64,000 bases of DNA from Felis catus. Its lineage: Eukaryota. Below the pieces are notes generated by a model, which had not been told where the DNA came from, ran no database searches, and saw nothing but the letters and a program-made list of their open reading frames with translations. Where the stretch lies: the NCBI RefSeq assembly GCF_018350175.1, contig NC_058368.1, forward strand, positions 224,814,001 to 224,878,000, read 5' to 3'. Below, one piece after another: positions 12,151-23,523 of the stretch. The position numbers and the translations under genes were made by a program. Within the stretch, counting starts at the first letter, position 1. Every line of letters starts with the position of its first letter.

Positions 12151-13647
12151 TACCTAAGTATTTATTGAGTACTACTTATCCTGGAAATAAAAGCATTGCT
12201 TACCTCTAAAAACAGCTGTCTCCTAAATAGAAGAGGATAGATCTTAAGCATTTCGTTTTAAACATTATAATTAAAATAGTATTCATTTAATTTTTAAAAA
12301 CCTGCCCAGTGGAATTTGAAAGGACACAAATATCAGGGGAAGAAACCTGGCAGCATATGTGACATCGAACTGAGTTTTGAGAAGTTTATCACTTTAGTAG
12401 TGAGGTTAAGTTATCCCTAGAGTGAAGTTGGCATATCCTAGTAAGATGAAAGCAAGCTTCAGAAAACTGAAAATGATTCCCACCCAACCCACCCCAACAA
12501 ATTAACTCTGGGCTAGGAAAAGAAAACAAACATAATTAAAGGAATCCAGCAACAAAATATATAAAATTCACAATGCCTAGCATGCAATTAGAAATTTCCA
12601 GGCACAGAAAATTATAACCCAGAAGCTCCCCCCAAAAAAAAAAAAAGAAAAAGAAAAAGAAAAAGAAACAGAACTAGAAGTAATAGAGATGATGAATTAG
12701 AGAGGGAACTTAAGCTATTTTAAATCCTATAAATATGGTAAATAATGTAAAGGGAAACATGAATATGATATGAAGAGAGATATATAGGAATTTTTCACAT
12801 CTAGAGCTGTGAAAAATAACATATCTAAATGGAAAGTATTCTGAAAAGGAATAACAGAGACTAGACAAAGCAAAAAACAAAAACAAAAACAAAAACAAGA
12901 AAAACAAAACCAAAAGGCAGCTATAAAATTGAAGAAATCATCCAAAATAAAGAATTAAAAAGAAAATTTGAAAAATTAAAATAAGCAAGACATAAGTGGC
13001 CTGTGGGAAATAATAAGCAATCTAACATATGTGTAATTCAAATCCCAGAAGAAGAAGAGAGAGAGAGGGAAAATATGCACACACATGCACACACACAAAG
13101 GTGGGAGGAGGGAGAAGAAATAATGGCTGATTTTCTTAAATTTTTATAAAACTTTGGGACCAATGGATGTGAATTGGACCCAAGCAGCTCAAGAAACTCC
13201 AAGTTAGAAAAATAAACAGGAAATCCTACTAAGCCATATTGAAAGAACATTTCTTAAAATTATGTGCAAAGAGAAAAATCATAAAAGTCGTCAGAGGTGG
13301 AGGGAAGATACTTAATAAATAGAGGAACAAAGATAAAAATGATAGCCAACTTCCTGTCAAAATTATCCAGGCCAGAAGACAATTGACCAGCATCTTTAAA
13401 GCACTGAAAAAAAAATATGCTCAAGCCAGAGGTATATATTTTATGAACATGTTTCATAAATGAAAATGAAAAAATTTCTGGATAAATGAAAGCTGAGTAA
13501 ATTTGTGGCCAGAAGAACTGGGAAACAAGAAATGTTAAAGATAGTTCTTCCAGTAGAAGGATAATTGTATCAGAGGCTAATTCGAATTTATTTAAAATAA
13601 TAAAGAGATTCATGAATAGAATGTATATTGGTAAATATAAAAGAGTT

Positions 13648-13745
13648 TTGTGGTGAGCTTAGCATAATACAGAGATGTTAAATCACTATATTGTACACCT
13701 GCAATGAACATAACAGGATATGTCAGCTGTTTCAATTTGAAAATT
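13648..13745 (+). mobile_element. Short carnivore-type L1 3' terminus nested in L1M
   Basis: gtggtgagcttagcataatacaga..atcactatattgtacacctgcaatgaacataac..tatgtcagct. Confidence 0.6.
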
Positions 13746-13751
13746 CTATTT

Positions 13752-13975
13752 TATTTTTTTTATTTTTTTTTTCAACTTTTATTTATTTTTGGGACAGAGA
13801 GAGACAGAGCATGAATGGGGGAGAGGCAGAGAGAGAGGGAGACACAGAATCGGAAACAGGCTCCAGGCTCTGAGCCATCAGCCCAGAGCCTGACGCGGGG
13901 CTCGAACTCATGGACCGCGAGATCATGACCTGGCTGAAGTCGGGCGCCTAACCGACTGCGCCACCCAGGCGCCCC
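13752..13975 (-). mobile_element. Can-SINE (young felid type)
   Basis: TSD tgaaaattctatttta; CpGs intact. Confidence 0.95.
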
Positions 13976-14863
13976 TGAAAATTCTATTTTAAATAGAAAA
14001 TTAAAAACTAAATAAACAAAAGGGATTTGTGTTTGCTTTCATTTCTTAACTTATTGGAAAGAACATTGACTATTTAAAGGAAAATAATTAATAAAAAATG
14101 GTGGGGTTTATAACATTTCAAAATAAAATAGATGACAGCTGTAACAAAAATGAGGAAAGGTCTACAAGGAAAGTATATTTTAGTAATATTATTACACTGT
14201 GTTGTACATATATTATTAAGGTAGATTGTATATGGTAAGCCCTAAAGCAATCACTGAGAGAACAAAGCAAAGAGGTATAGATATAAGCTAGTGGCAGGGA
14301 GAAAATGAAATTCCGAAAGCATTCAATTGATCCCAAATGTGGCAGAAAAATGGAAGAAAGGGAACAAAGTAAGATTTATATGCATAGAAAACAAATAGCA
14401 AGATGATAGAATTAGATCTAACCACATTGGTAATTGTGTTAAATATAGACTAAACACTCCAATTAATAGGCAAAGTTTGTCAGATGGGATCTTTTTAGAG
14501 CTAGAGTAAGATATATGCTATCTATATGACCTCATTTTATACATAAAGGTGTGGGGATGGTAGAGTTAAAGAATAGAAAAAGTCAGACACTAATCAGAGA
14601 AAGCTTGGAGGACTTAATATCAGATAAAGTAAACCTTAGAACAAGGAATATTACCAGGGACAAAGAAAAGCATTTCATAGAGATACGATGGTCAATTCAT
14701 CAAGAAGAGTTAATAATCCTAAAAATATGTGTTTAATAAAAAAACATGCTTCAATACATATAAAGCAAAAATGTCTCAACTGAAAGAAGAAATAAACAAT
14801 GACTTGGAGATTTTTAACCCTTCTCTCTCCGTTACTGACAGGACAGACTAAAATCAGTAAAGA

Positions 14864-15540
14864 TACGGTAATGGCTTTGTAATGTGTCAGATTCCAGAGC
14901 TGAACCTCATTTTCCAATATCCCCTTACTTGCATGTTTCCAGTTCCTATGGGCCACCAAGCAGGCTGTGGGAATAGTTGGAGAATGGAAGGGAAGCCACG
15001 GCTGGTTTGAAGCCCACACACCATTACGCCTCATCCGCTAGCTCCTTCACTGGCATGAGGCACCGTGTGCACCTGCAAATCCTACACCTTTTCCTGGACC
15101 CTCCTGCAGCTTCTCTAACTCGTGGACCATGGGCATTGTAAGTCTGTGAGGAAGATGACCCGCTTCTGCAAAACACGATCTAAACTAAGATCAGAGAGAA
15201 CAAGAGCTAGTCTGTCCTTGTGGATTTCCACTACATGTTGGTGGGTTGTACCTGCCTCGATGTTTCCCACTTGAAATTCTTCTTCTCTCACTGATGCCCT
15301 TCCCAGTGAACTTCTAGTCCCAACATCAGACGTGGAGACAACAGCTTTACAGAGACTGCTTAACCAGGTCTCTCCATTGTGTAAGGTGAATTTTCTGGAA
15401 CAAATCAATTTATCTATCTATTATCTATCTATTATCTATCCATCTATCTATCTATCTATCTATTATCTATTTATCATCTATCTATCTATCTATCCATCCA
15501 TCTCCTAATGATTTTGCTTCTCTGGTTAAACTCTGAGATA
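14864..15540 (+). mobile_element. ERVL MLT2-like solo LTR with (TCTA)n, nested in L1 ORF2
   Basis: Starts ..ggtaatggctttgtaatgtgtcag; ends ctaatgattttgcttctctgg..aactctga; interrupts contiguous L1 sequence cagtaaagat|..atagaagactt. Confidence 0.6.
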
Positions 15541-15744
15541 GTTATAGAAGACTTATACATTATCAACCAATTTGTCCTAATTAACATTTACGAAATGCTT
15601 AACAGCAACAAAAAACACAGACTTTCCAATATTCACCAAGACAGCCCTACTGGAGTCCATAACATAGATTTCAATACATTCTAAAAGATTAAAATCATGG
15701 CAGATGCATTTTTCTGGGTGAACGCGCACAGGTGCGTGTGCATA

Positions 15745-15746
15745 CA

Positions 15747-15793
<47 letters not shown>
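15745..15793. repeat. (CA)n microsatellite
   Basis: Direct reading. Confidence 0.95.
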
Positions 15794-15797
<4 letters not shown>

Positions 15798-15878
15798 GCC
15801 AGAATTGAACTAGAGATCAGTAACAGAGATAACTGGAAAATCAGTAACTATTTACAAGTTAAGCAAAACACTTTTCAG

Positions 15879-16056
15879 TAAGGTTGTGAGATAAAATACA
15901 TGACACTCGGTTAAATGTGAATTTCAGATCTTCAATGAGTTTTTTTAGTGTAAATAGCACTCAAATATTGCCTGGCACATAGTATATTAAAAAATCATTA
16001 ATCTGAAATTCAATCTGGATATCTGCGTTTTAAGTTTTCTAAAACAGGCAACCCTA
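15879..16056 (+). mobile_element. MER53 (hAT-type palindromic MITE)
   Basis: aggttg..agataaaataca..gttaaatgtgaatttcagat..ttttttagtgtaa..caaatattgc..tattaaaaaa..atctgaaattcaa..ggcaacccta follows the MER53 consensus. Confidence 0.8.
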
Positions 16057-17009
16057 CTTCTTGATCATTTGTGAATGAAAAAAGAAATCCAAAAGGACAC
16101 TGATAACAACTGTTTTGAATTCTATGGACACGAGAATACAACATATCAGAAATTGTGAGATGCAACAAAATGTTGACTGCAGATAAGTTTACTGCTACCA
16201 CGTGCTCATATGTATTAAAAATAAAACTCTGAAATTAATTCTAAGATTCCATACCAAAAACTGGAAAAAAATGGAAAATGTAGATGAAACCCCAGGTAAG
16301 CAGAGGCGAATAAAGAGCAAAATATCAGTGAATTAGAAAGCCATCAAATGATAAAGAAAAAATTATAAAACATAAATCTGCCTCTGAAAAGATCGATAAA
16401 ATTGATAAATCGCAGCTGTTAAGAAAAGAGACAAAATGCCAATTAGCAATACCAAGAATAAAAGAGGGGACATCATTATGGATCCTGTAGACATTAAAAG
16501 GACAATAAAGAAATACTACAAATAATTTACACTAATAGCGTTAGCAACTTAGGATGAAATAGGCAAAATCCTTGAAGCCACAACCAACGAACTCTCACTC
16601 ATCAAAAGATAGTCTATATAGCACTATGTCTAATAAAGGAACTGAATTCACAATTAGAAAACTTTCCCCCAACAGAAACTCCAGATCCAGATGGCTTTCT
16701 TGTGCATTCTATCATTCAGTTAAGGAATAAACATTGTCAATCTTCTAGAAAGTCTTTTGTAAAATAGAAGGGAATACTTTACAATTCACTTTATGAAGCC
16801 AAAATGACACTAGCATCAAAATGAGAATGCCATTGAAAGATAAGAAAAACAGATACCAATACCCCATATAAGCAGAGGTAAAAAAAAATTGTAAACAAGC
16901 CTTATGAAATATAATCGGTAATATGTATACATAATAATACATTATGACCAATTGGGCTTTAGTGTCAGGAGTGATAAGTTGGTATTACATTAAAAATCAA
17001 TCAGTGTAA

Positions 17010-17232
17010 GGGTGTCTGGGTGGCTCAGTCGGTTGAGTGTCTGACTTCGGTTCAGGTCATGATCTCATGGTTCATGAGTTCAAGCCTCACATCAAGCTCT
17101 GTGCTGACAGCTCCGAGCCTGGAACCTGCTTCAAATTCTGTGTCTCCCCCTCTCTCTCTGCCCCTCCCCTGCTCATGCTCTGTCTCTCTAACTCTGTGAA
17201 GAATAAATAATAAGCATTAAAAATTAAAAAAA
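17010..17232 (+). mobile_element. Can-SINE
   Basis: TSD aatcagtgtaa. Confidence 0.95.
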
Positions 17233-17509
17233 ATCAGTGTAATTCCAAATCAGATCATATGGCTACAAAATAAATTAAAAATCACACATGATCAACCCAA
17301 TAAATGCAAAAAAAAAAAAAACCTCTTTGAAAAAAAATCAACAATCATTTATAATTAAAAAGGAAAACTCTTAGCAAAGGAGAAATAGAAGAAAACCTCC
17401 TTGACCTAATAAAGAACATCTATGCAAACTTGCAATGACATCACTTTCGTGAAATAGAAAAGGCTTTCCCTTAAGATCCAGGACAAAGTAATGATGTCCA
17501 TTATCATCA

Positions 17510-17690
17510 CTTCTTATAAGTAAAGAAATTAGGACACCACTCAGATTGGGTCAGGGCACACCCTGATGCCCTCATTTTCATTTAATTACCTCTTTTAAGG
17601 CCCTATATACAAACATAATCATATTGCGAAGTCCTGGGAATTCGATCTTTAACATATGAATTTTGGGAGACACTATTCAGTCCATAAAAG
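17510..17690 (-). mobile_element. MLT1A/B-type MaLR LTR fragment
   Basis: ggacaccactcagattggg..cctcatttt..taattacctc..aacatatgaattttgggagacactattcagtccata. Confidence 0.75.
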
Positions 17691-17942
17691 CCATATTTTT
17701 AAAAATACACCTCAAGTTCATCTCAAAATGAATCACAGAGCTAAATTTAAAAACTAACAATAAAATGCATAGATGAAAATAGAAGAAACTGTTCATTACA
17801 TTAGATTAAACAAAGGTAAAGACACAAATAGCATTATTCATAAAATAAAAAAGGTAATAAATTTTAATTCTTTGAAAATCAGTATTAATAGAAAAGGCAA
17901 ACCACAGACAGGAGCAAATATATCTAAAAGTGTAATCTGATA

Positions 17943-18132
17943 GGGGTGCCTGGATGGCTCAGTCCGTTAAGTGTCTGACTCTTGGTTTTGGCTCAGGTCA
18001 TGCTCTCATGGTTTGTGAGTTCGAGCCCAGCATGGGGCTCTGGGGCTCTGCCTTGACAGTGTGGAGCCTGCTTGGGATTTTCCCTCTCCCTCTCTCTCTG
18101 CCCCTCCCCGCCCCCCCCCCCCCCCCCCCCCG

Positions 18133-18184
<52 letters not shown>

Positions 18185-18224
18185 TACAAATAAAAAAAAA
18201 TAAAAAATATGCAGTAAAAGATTT
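17943..18224 (+). mobile_element. Can-SINE with polyC, (CT)n and (CA)n
   Basis: TSD aaaagtgtaatctgata. Confidence 0.95.
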
Positions 18225-18552
18225 AAAAGTGTAATCTGATAAAGGACTTGTATCCAGGATACTGAAAAAAAAAATTACAATGCAAAATTAAGAATAAAAC
18301 CAGCCCAGTTAAAAATGAGTAACAGGTTTGATCAGACACTTCATTAAAGAATGTATACGAACTGTCAAGATGTACATAAAAAGATGCTCACCACTAGCAC
18401 TGTTAGGAAAACGCAAATTAAAACATCAATAAGGTATGCATCAACCGGAATGGCTTAAAATTAAAAAGAGTGACAATCACAAATGTTGGCAAGAACGTGC
18501 AACCAATGGAACATCCATGCCTTGCTGGTGAGAATACAAACGATTTATTTTA

Positions 18553-18779
18553 GGGGGTACTTCAGTGGTTCAGTCGGTTAAGCATCCAACTCTTGGTTTT
18601 GGTTTAGGTCATGATCTCGTGGCTTTGTGGGTTTGGGCCCCGCATTGCATGGGGCTCTGTGCTGACAGTCCAGAGGCTGCATGGGATTCTGTCTCTCTCC
18701 CTATCTCTCTGCCGCTCCCCAACTTGCTCTGTCTTTCGCTCTCTCAAAATATATAATATTTTTTTTTAAAAAAAGAAAA
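18553..18779 (+). mobile_element. Can-SINE
   Basis: SINE head and tail. Confidence 0.9.
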
Positions 18780-18812
18780 CATTTAACAGGTTTCTTCTAA
18801 CGTTGAAGATTT

Positions 18813-19048
18813 GGGGTGCCTGGGTGGCTCAGTCGGTTGAGCCTCTGACTTTGGCTCATGTCATGATCTCATGGTTTGTGAGTTTGAGGCCCGCGTTGGG
18901 TTCTGTGCTGACAGCTCAGAGCCTGGACCCTGCTTCGGATTCTGTGCTTCCCTCTCTCTGCCCCTCCCCACTAGCGTTCTCTCTCCGCCCCCCTTCTCTG
19001 TCACATAAACATTATTTTTTAATAAAAAAAATAATAAAAAAAAATAAA
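18813..19048 (+). mobile_element. Can-SINE
   Basis: TSD gttgaagattt. Confidence 0.95.
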
Positions 19049-19295
19049 GTTGAAGATTTTGCTACCCGGCAAACACATTCCTAGAACTGACTTAGGAAAA
19101 ATGTGTGCAACCTGTCCGCAAAAAGACTTCTACCTGAACGTCCATAGAAAATTTACTTATAATTATTAAAATTAGAAGCAAACCCAATGTCCATCCACTA
19201 GTGAATGGATTAGCAAATAATGGCATATTCACACAGGGAAATATTGCCTTGCCAGAAAAAAGAATCTACCAAATTAGAGATGAATCTCAAAAGAA

Positions 19296-19329
19296 TTTTT
19301 TTTCTTTTTTAATTTTTTTAATGTTTATT

Positions 19330-19364
<35 letters not shown>

Positions 19365-19534
19365 GCATGAGTGGGGGAGGGGCAAAGAGAAAGTGAGACA
19401 CAGAATCTGAAGCAGGCTCCAGGCTCTGAGCTGTCAGCACAGAGCCCCACTCCGGGCTCGAACTCACGGACTGTAGGATCATGACCTGAGCCTAAGTAGG
19501 GACGCTTAACTAGCAGAGCCACCCAGGTACCTCC
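19296..19534 (-). mobile_element. Can-SINE
   Basis: TSD caaaagaattttt. Confidence 0.95.
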
Positions 19535-19854
19535 ACAAAAGAATTTTTCCAAGTTAAAAAAGACAGACACAAAACACTGCATACTTTACGAGTCCATTAA
19601 ATTCAATTCTAGAAAAGGTGAAAATATAGTAACAACAGGAGGCACAGATCACAGAAGAAATTGACTGTAAAGGGGCTGACGGAAACTCTTGGGACTGATG
19701 GAAATACTGTATCCTTTAATAGACGTCGTGGGCACGGGACTATAGACATTTGTCAATACTCATCAAATTTTACATAAAACCATTGACTTTTTGGGTCCAC
19801 CTTGAAGGCTAGGCAAGTTTTACAATTTTTCCCCCTTTCTAAAAGCTCATCCTT

Positions 19855-20020
19855 GGGGCACGTGGGTGGCTCAGTCGGCTAACTGCATCGCACAGGGCTC
19901 TGTGCTGACGGCGTGGAGCCTGCTTGAGATTCTCCTAATCCCCCTCTCTCTGCCCCTGCCCTGCTCACTCTCTCGCCCTCGCTCTCTCTCAAAGTAAATA
20001 AATAAACAAACAAAAAAATT
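19855..20020 (+). mobile_element. Can-SINE with internal deletion
   Basis: TSD aaaagctcatcc; the head jumps from gtcggctaa almost directly to gggctctgtgctgac. Confidence 0.9.
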
Positions 20021-20128
20021 AAAAGCTCATCCCTGTATATGTAGACCCATGCAACAGGGTGACCATAGAGCTGAGTGCTCTAAGCACATTGGCTCCCAGA
20101 GTAGCAAGTAGACAAGAAATGGGTTTAC

Positions 20129-20142
20129 CTCCAGTTTGCCAT
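20129..20142 (-). CDS. Candidate alternative first coding segment (MANW-, phase 2)
   Basis: Strong Kozak GGCACCATGG at 20142; donor GAG|GTAAAC at 20128; possible acceptors at 20211 (GTCTCCTCTCCAG|G) or 20375. Confidence 0.25.
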
Positions 20143-20609
20143 GGTGCCAACATCGGAGAAAGAAGTACTTTATCCTGAGGGCATCACAGAGCGAGGCAAC
20201 TCAGAGAATCCTGGAGAGGAGACCGCTCGAGGCCAACTTCCCGAGCCCTCCAACAAAGAGAACGATAATAAATGGAAGGTGTTTGGAAGGGGTGAATCCC
20301 CGGATCACACCCGGCAGAGTAAAGAAAGAAGTATTCCACCACCTTCAGCTCCATTTCTCTCAGGCTGATGTAGCCTTGGAAACAAATCAATTCAATGACA
20401 TGCACTGATATTTTTGAAATCATGAAATGAGAATTTTGCTCAATGCTGAGAACGTAAACTAATTACATAAAGGCAAGTTGAATCACTGCAGTGGCCATCA
20501 CAGAAGAGTGAAGCCATCAGCAACAAACATGTCATATACTCAACGGGCGTTGTGTCTCGGAAGGAAAAAGATTTCACACCTCAATTGTTCTGAATAAATA
20601 CTTCAGGGG

Positions 20610-20705
20610 AGCTATTGCATCTCAGTCGGTGACTGATGCAATCCGGGTTTTTTCCTGACCTTTTTAAGTGAGTTGACATCCGGTTTTCTTTGACCTTTTA
20701 ATTAC
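20610..20705. promoter_or_regulatory. Motif cluster: ATF4/C-EBP element, two NBRE-type sites, ETS site
   Basis: TGATGCAAT 20634-20642; AAAGGTCA on - at 20656-63 and 20691-98; ACCGGATGT on - at 20676-84. Confidence 0.35.
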
Positions 20706-20811
20706 CATGCAGAGCTGTCCTAAGCATAAAATTCTGTACCTATACTGTACAATAATTGTTAAAATTTTAATGCATTTCATGGAGAATACAGAATGAGGCA
20801 TTTACCATGCT

Positions 20812-20820
20812 AATATATAT

Positions 20821-20853
<33 letters not shown>

Positions 20854-20940
20854 ATTACTATATATAGTACATATACATACATATACTATACATATACATA
20901 TAGTACATATACTATACATATAGTACATATATATATATAT
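20812..20940. repeat. (TA)n-rich compound microsatellite
   Basis: Direct reading. Confidence 0.9.
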
Positions 20941-21067
20941 GGTAAGTAATTATTTACATATAGAGATGATAAGTAAAGATGAATTTTTGTTAAACACACA
21001 AATTCACTCAATATTTTTATCCGAGAAAGAATAAAACAAATCTGATGCTTAAAAATTATTAACTCTA

Positions 21068-21296
21068 GGGGCACCTGGGTGGCATAGTCGGTTAAGCAGC
21101 TGACTCTTGGTTTTGGTTTAGGTCATGATCTTGCAGGTGGTGAGTTCAAGCCCTGCCTCAGGCTCTGTGCTGACAGCGTGCAGCCTCCTTGAGACTCTCT
21201 CTCTCTCCCTCTCTGCCCCTTCCCGACTTGCTACTCTCTGTCTCTCTCTCAAAACAAATAAATAGACATTTAAAAATAAACAAATAAAAATAAATA
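21068..21296 (+). mobile_element. Can-SINE
   Basis: TSD aaaaatta(t/c)taactc. Confidence 0.95.
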
Positions 21297-21313
21297 AAAA
21301 ATTACTAACTCGA

Positions 21314-21458
21314 CCAGCTTCTTAATCTAGTGTCCTCAAATCCCTTTTTAAAATAGGTTGGAAATCTATGTATGAGATACATTTATTTTGAGTTAAAAAC
21401 ATTGATGAATTTAATTTGTCTTGAAGGAGTTTGTGACTTAAAACTTTGAGGATCACTG
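21314..21458. mobile_element. Short hAT-Charlie-type MITE relic
   Basis: Degenerate TIRs cagcttcttaatct ... tttgaggatcactg. Confidence 0.45.
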
Positions 21459-21579
21459 TGCCAAACAATTGGCATTTGCTGATAACGAAATGAGAAACTG
21501 CTTAAAATCTCATTTTTATTTGTATCAATCCACCTTTTGTGCCATGGTGCTAAAGTTGGGACATTAGCTAGTCACGATA

Positions 21580-21740
21580 CTCTTAGGGACTGGATGCCAC
21601 AACCATCCCTTTAACAGATGAGACCCTGAGCACGTACGTGGCTTGCCTCAGCTAGCAAATGTCACAGTGACAGTGTTAGACCCAGGATTCAAACCCAGCC
21701 AGTCTTGTCCTACAGGCTGCTTCAAATCGCCACGTTAAGT
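21580..21740 (-). mobile_element. MIR
   Basis: ctttaacagatgag..ctgag..gcttgcc..cagctagcaaatg..ggattcaaacccagccagtc. Confidence 0.65.
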
Positions 21741-22733
21741 TGTCTTTTCAAATCCATATGCTTTGAAATTGACATCAAATTTTTCAATCAGTTTGGTCAT
21801 GAAAATGCAATGTACTTGGGTTAATGTCACAATAGGTATTATCACTTGTACTCAGAGGCATTTTCAGCTTCAGTAATGAACTTTGATGTTGAAGAATTTT
21901 AATACCTATTTACATTGACTTTAAAACATACCTTGTGTTAGGAAAAATGAAATGGAGTGATTTGGGGTATGGCCCTTCTACTGCTGTGCGTAGCCATGAA
22001 GGTAACATAGATGCGCATTTTTGCTTTTTATTGTATGTAATAAGTTACACATTTGAAACTAGGTTAATGACTATGTGGGTCCATTTACAGCTTTTTCTGA
22101 ATGTGTCTTTTTTAGATTAATATGTTATTTTTCATTTGATTCCTAAGAGCCAAATTATTTCATTTTCTTTACATACAATTTAGATAATGATGATACCCTT
22201 GAATTAGTGATAGGATTAGTCAGCTGTCTTACAGCTGCAAATCTCATTATATACAATGAGCAAAGCTTCGGGCATTAAACTGGTTTCCTATGGCTCAATA
22301 TACTCTTAGAACAGAAGCTGAAAAATTCCTTCTTTTATTAAAGTTGTTTCCTATGTGAATTATCTAGTTATAGAATGGTAATGCAGTACGTAACTAAGAG
22401 ATTTTTTTTTCCGGTTCCTACATTAAAAATATAAAGGATTTTTGCTTTAAGTTTCATTGCCTGAAATATGAAATATAAAATCTTGGGGGTTTCCTGTGTT
22501 TGAGACATCGTAGAAATCAATTCCTTGAAACTGAGTAAGACTCACTATTCTATAGAGTCGGAACTTACAGGGCATTTGGAATTAGTCACCAAATTCTCAA
22601 GAAATCTCCGCTTTAAAATTTGAGTTCACTACTTGAAGGACTATGTATGTTTTTTTTTTTTTTAATTCAAGAAGTAAGAATCTTTTAAAGTAATGTTAAA
22701 GATACCCTCATGCAATCTAAAATCTGAAAAATT

Positions 22734-22963
22734 GGGGCGCCTGGGTGGCACAGTCGGTTAAGTGTCCGACTTCAGCCAGGTCACGATCTCGCGGTCCGTG
22801 AGTTCGAGCCCCACATCGGGCTCTGGGCTGATGGCTCAGAGCCTGGAACCTGTTTCTGATTCTGTGTCTCCCTCTCCCTCTCTCTCTGCCCCTCCCCCAT
22901 TCATGCTCTGTCTCTCTCTGTCCCAAAAATAAATAAAAAACGTTGAAAAAAGAAAAAAAAATT
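22734..22963 (+). mobile_element. Can-SINE (young felid type)
   Basis: TSD aaaatctgaaaaatt. Confidence 0.95.
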
Positions 22964-23072
22964 AAAATCTGAAAAATTATGGTGCCTTAATTTACAAAAC
23001 TATAGAAATTGAAGAGGCATGGGAGAGCCCTTATAAATTTCCAAACTAGTCCAGGGTCTGGAAATTGACACT

Positions 23073-23074
<2 letters not shown>

Positions 23075-23110
<36 letters not shown>
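23075..23110. repeat. (GT)n microsatellite
   Basis: Direct reading. Confidence 0.95.
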
Positions 23111-23113
<3 letters not shown>

Positions 23114-23139
23114 TCTAATAGATACAGTATAACACATTT

Positions 23140-23523
23140 TCCTTTTTTTATGGATATGATTTATTGTCAAATTGGCTCACAAACAACACCTTGTGATCAT
23201 CCCAACAAGGGTCTTCCTCAGTGCCCATTACCCATTTTCCCTTCTCCCCTACTCCACCATCCACCCTGTTTGTTGTCTGTTTTTAAGAGTCTCCTGTGGT
23301 TTGCCTCCCTCCCTCTGCGTTTGTAACTATTTTTTTCCCCTTCCCTCCCCGCCATGGACTTCTGTTAAGTTTCTCAAGATACTACTTGGCAATGAGACAG
23401 AATGGAATCATGCCATTTGTAGCAACATGGATGGAACTGGAAGGTATTATGCTGAGTGAAATAAGTCAGTCAGAGAAAGGCAGATATCATATGTCTTCAC
23501 TCATCTGTGGATCTTGAGAAACT
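23140..23523 (-). mobile_element. Felid L1, 5'-truncated with inversion (twin priming)
   Basis: 3' end on - (23140-23380), then ORF2 C-terminus on + (..IMPFVATWMELEGIMLSEISQSEKGRYHMSSLICGS). Confidence 0.85.

Larger units (their letters stand above)
12450..19790 (+). mobile_element. Ancient L1M (decayed ORF1, ORF2 EN/RT remnants, 3'UTR) with many nested insertions
   Basis: ORF1-like 12.5-13.6 kb; EN-like 14.4-14.9 kb (..LISDKVNLRTRNITRDKEKHFIEIRWSIHQEELIILKI in ORF 14551-14736); RT-region motifs 16.3-17.5 kb; 3'UTR 18.2-19.8 kb. Confidence 0.85.
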
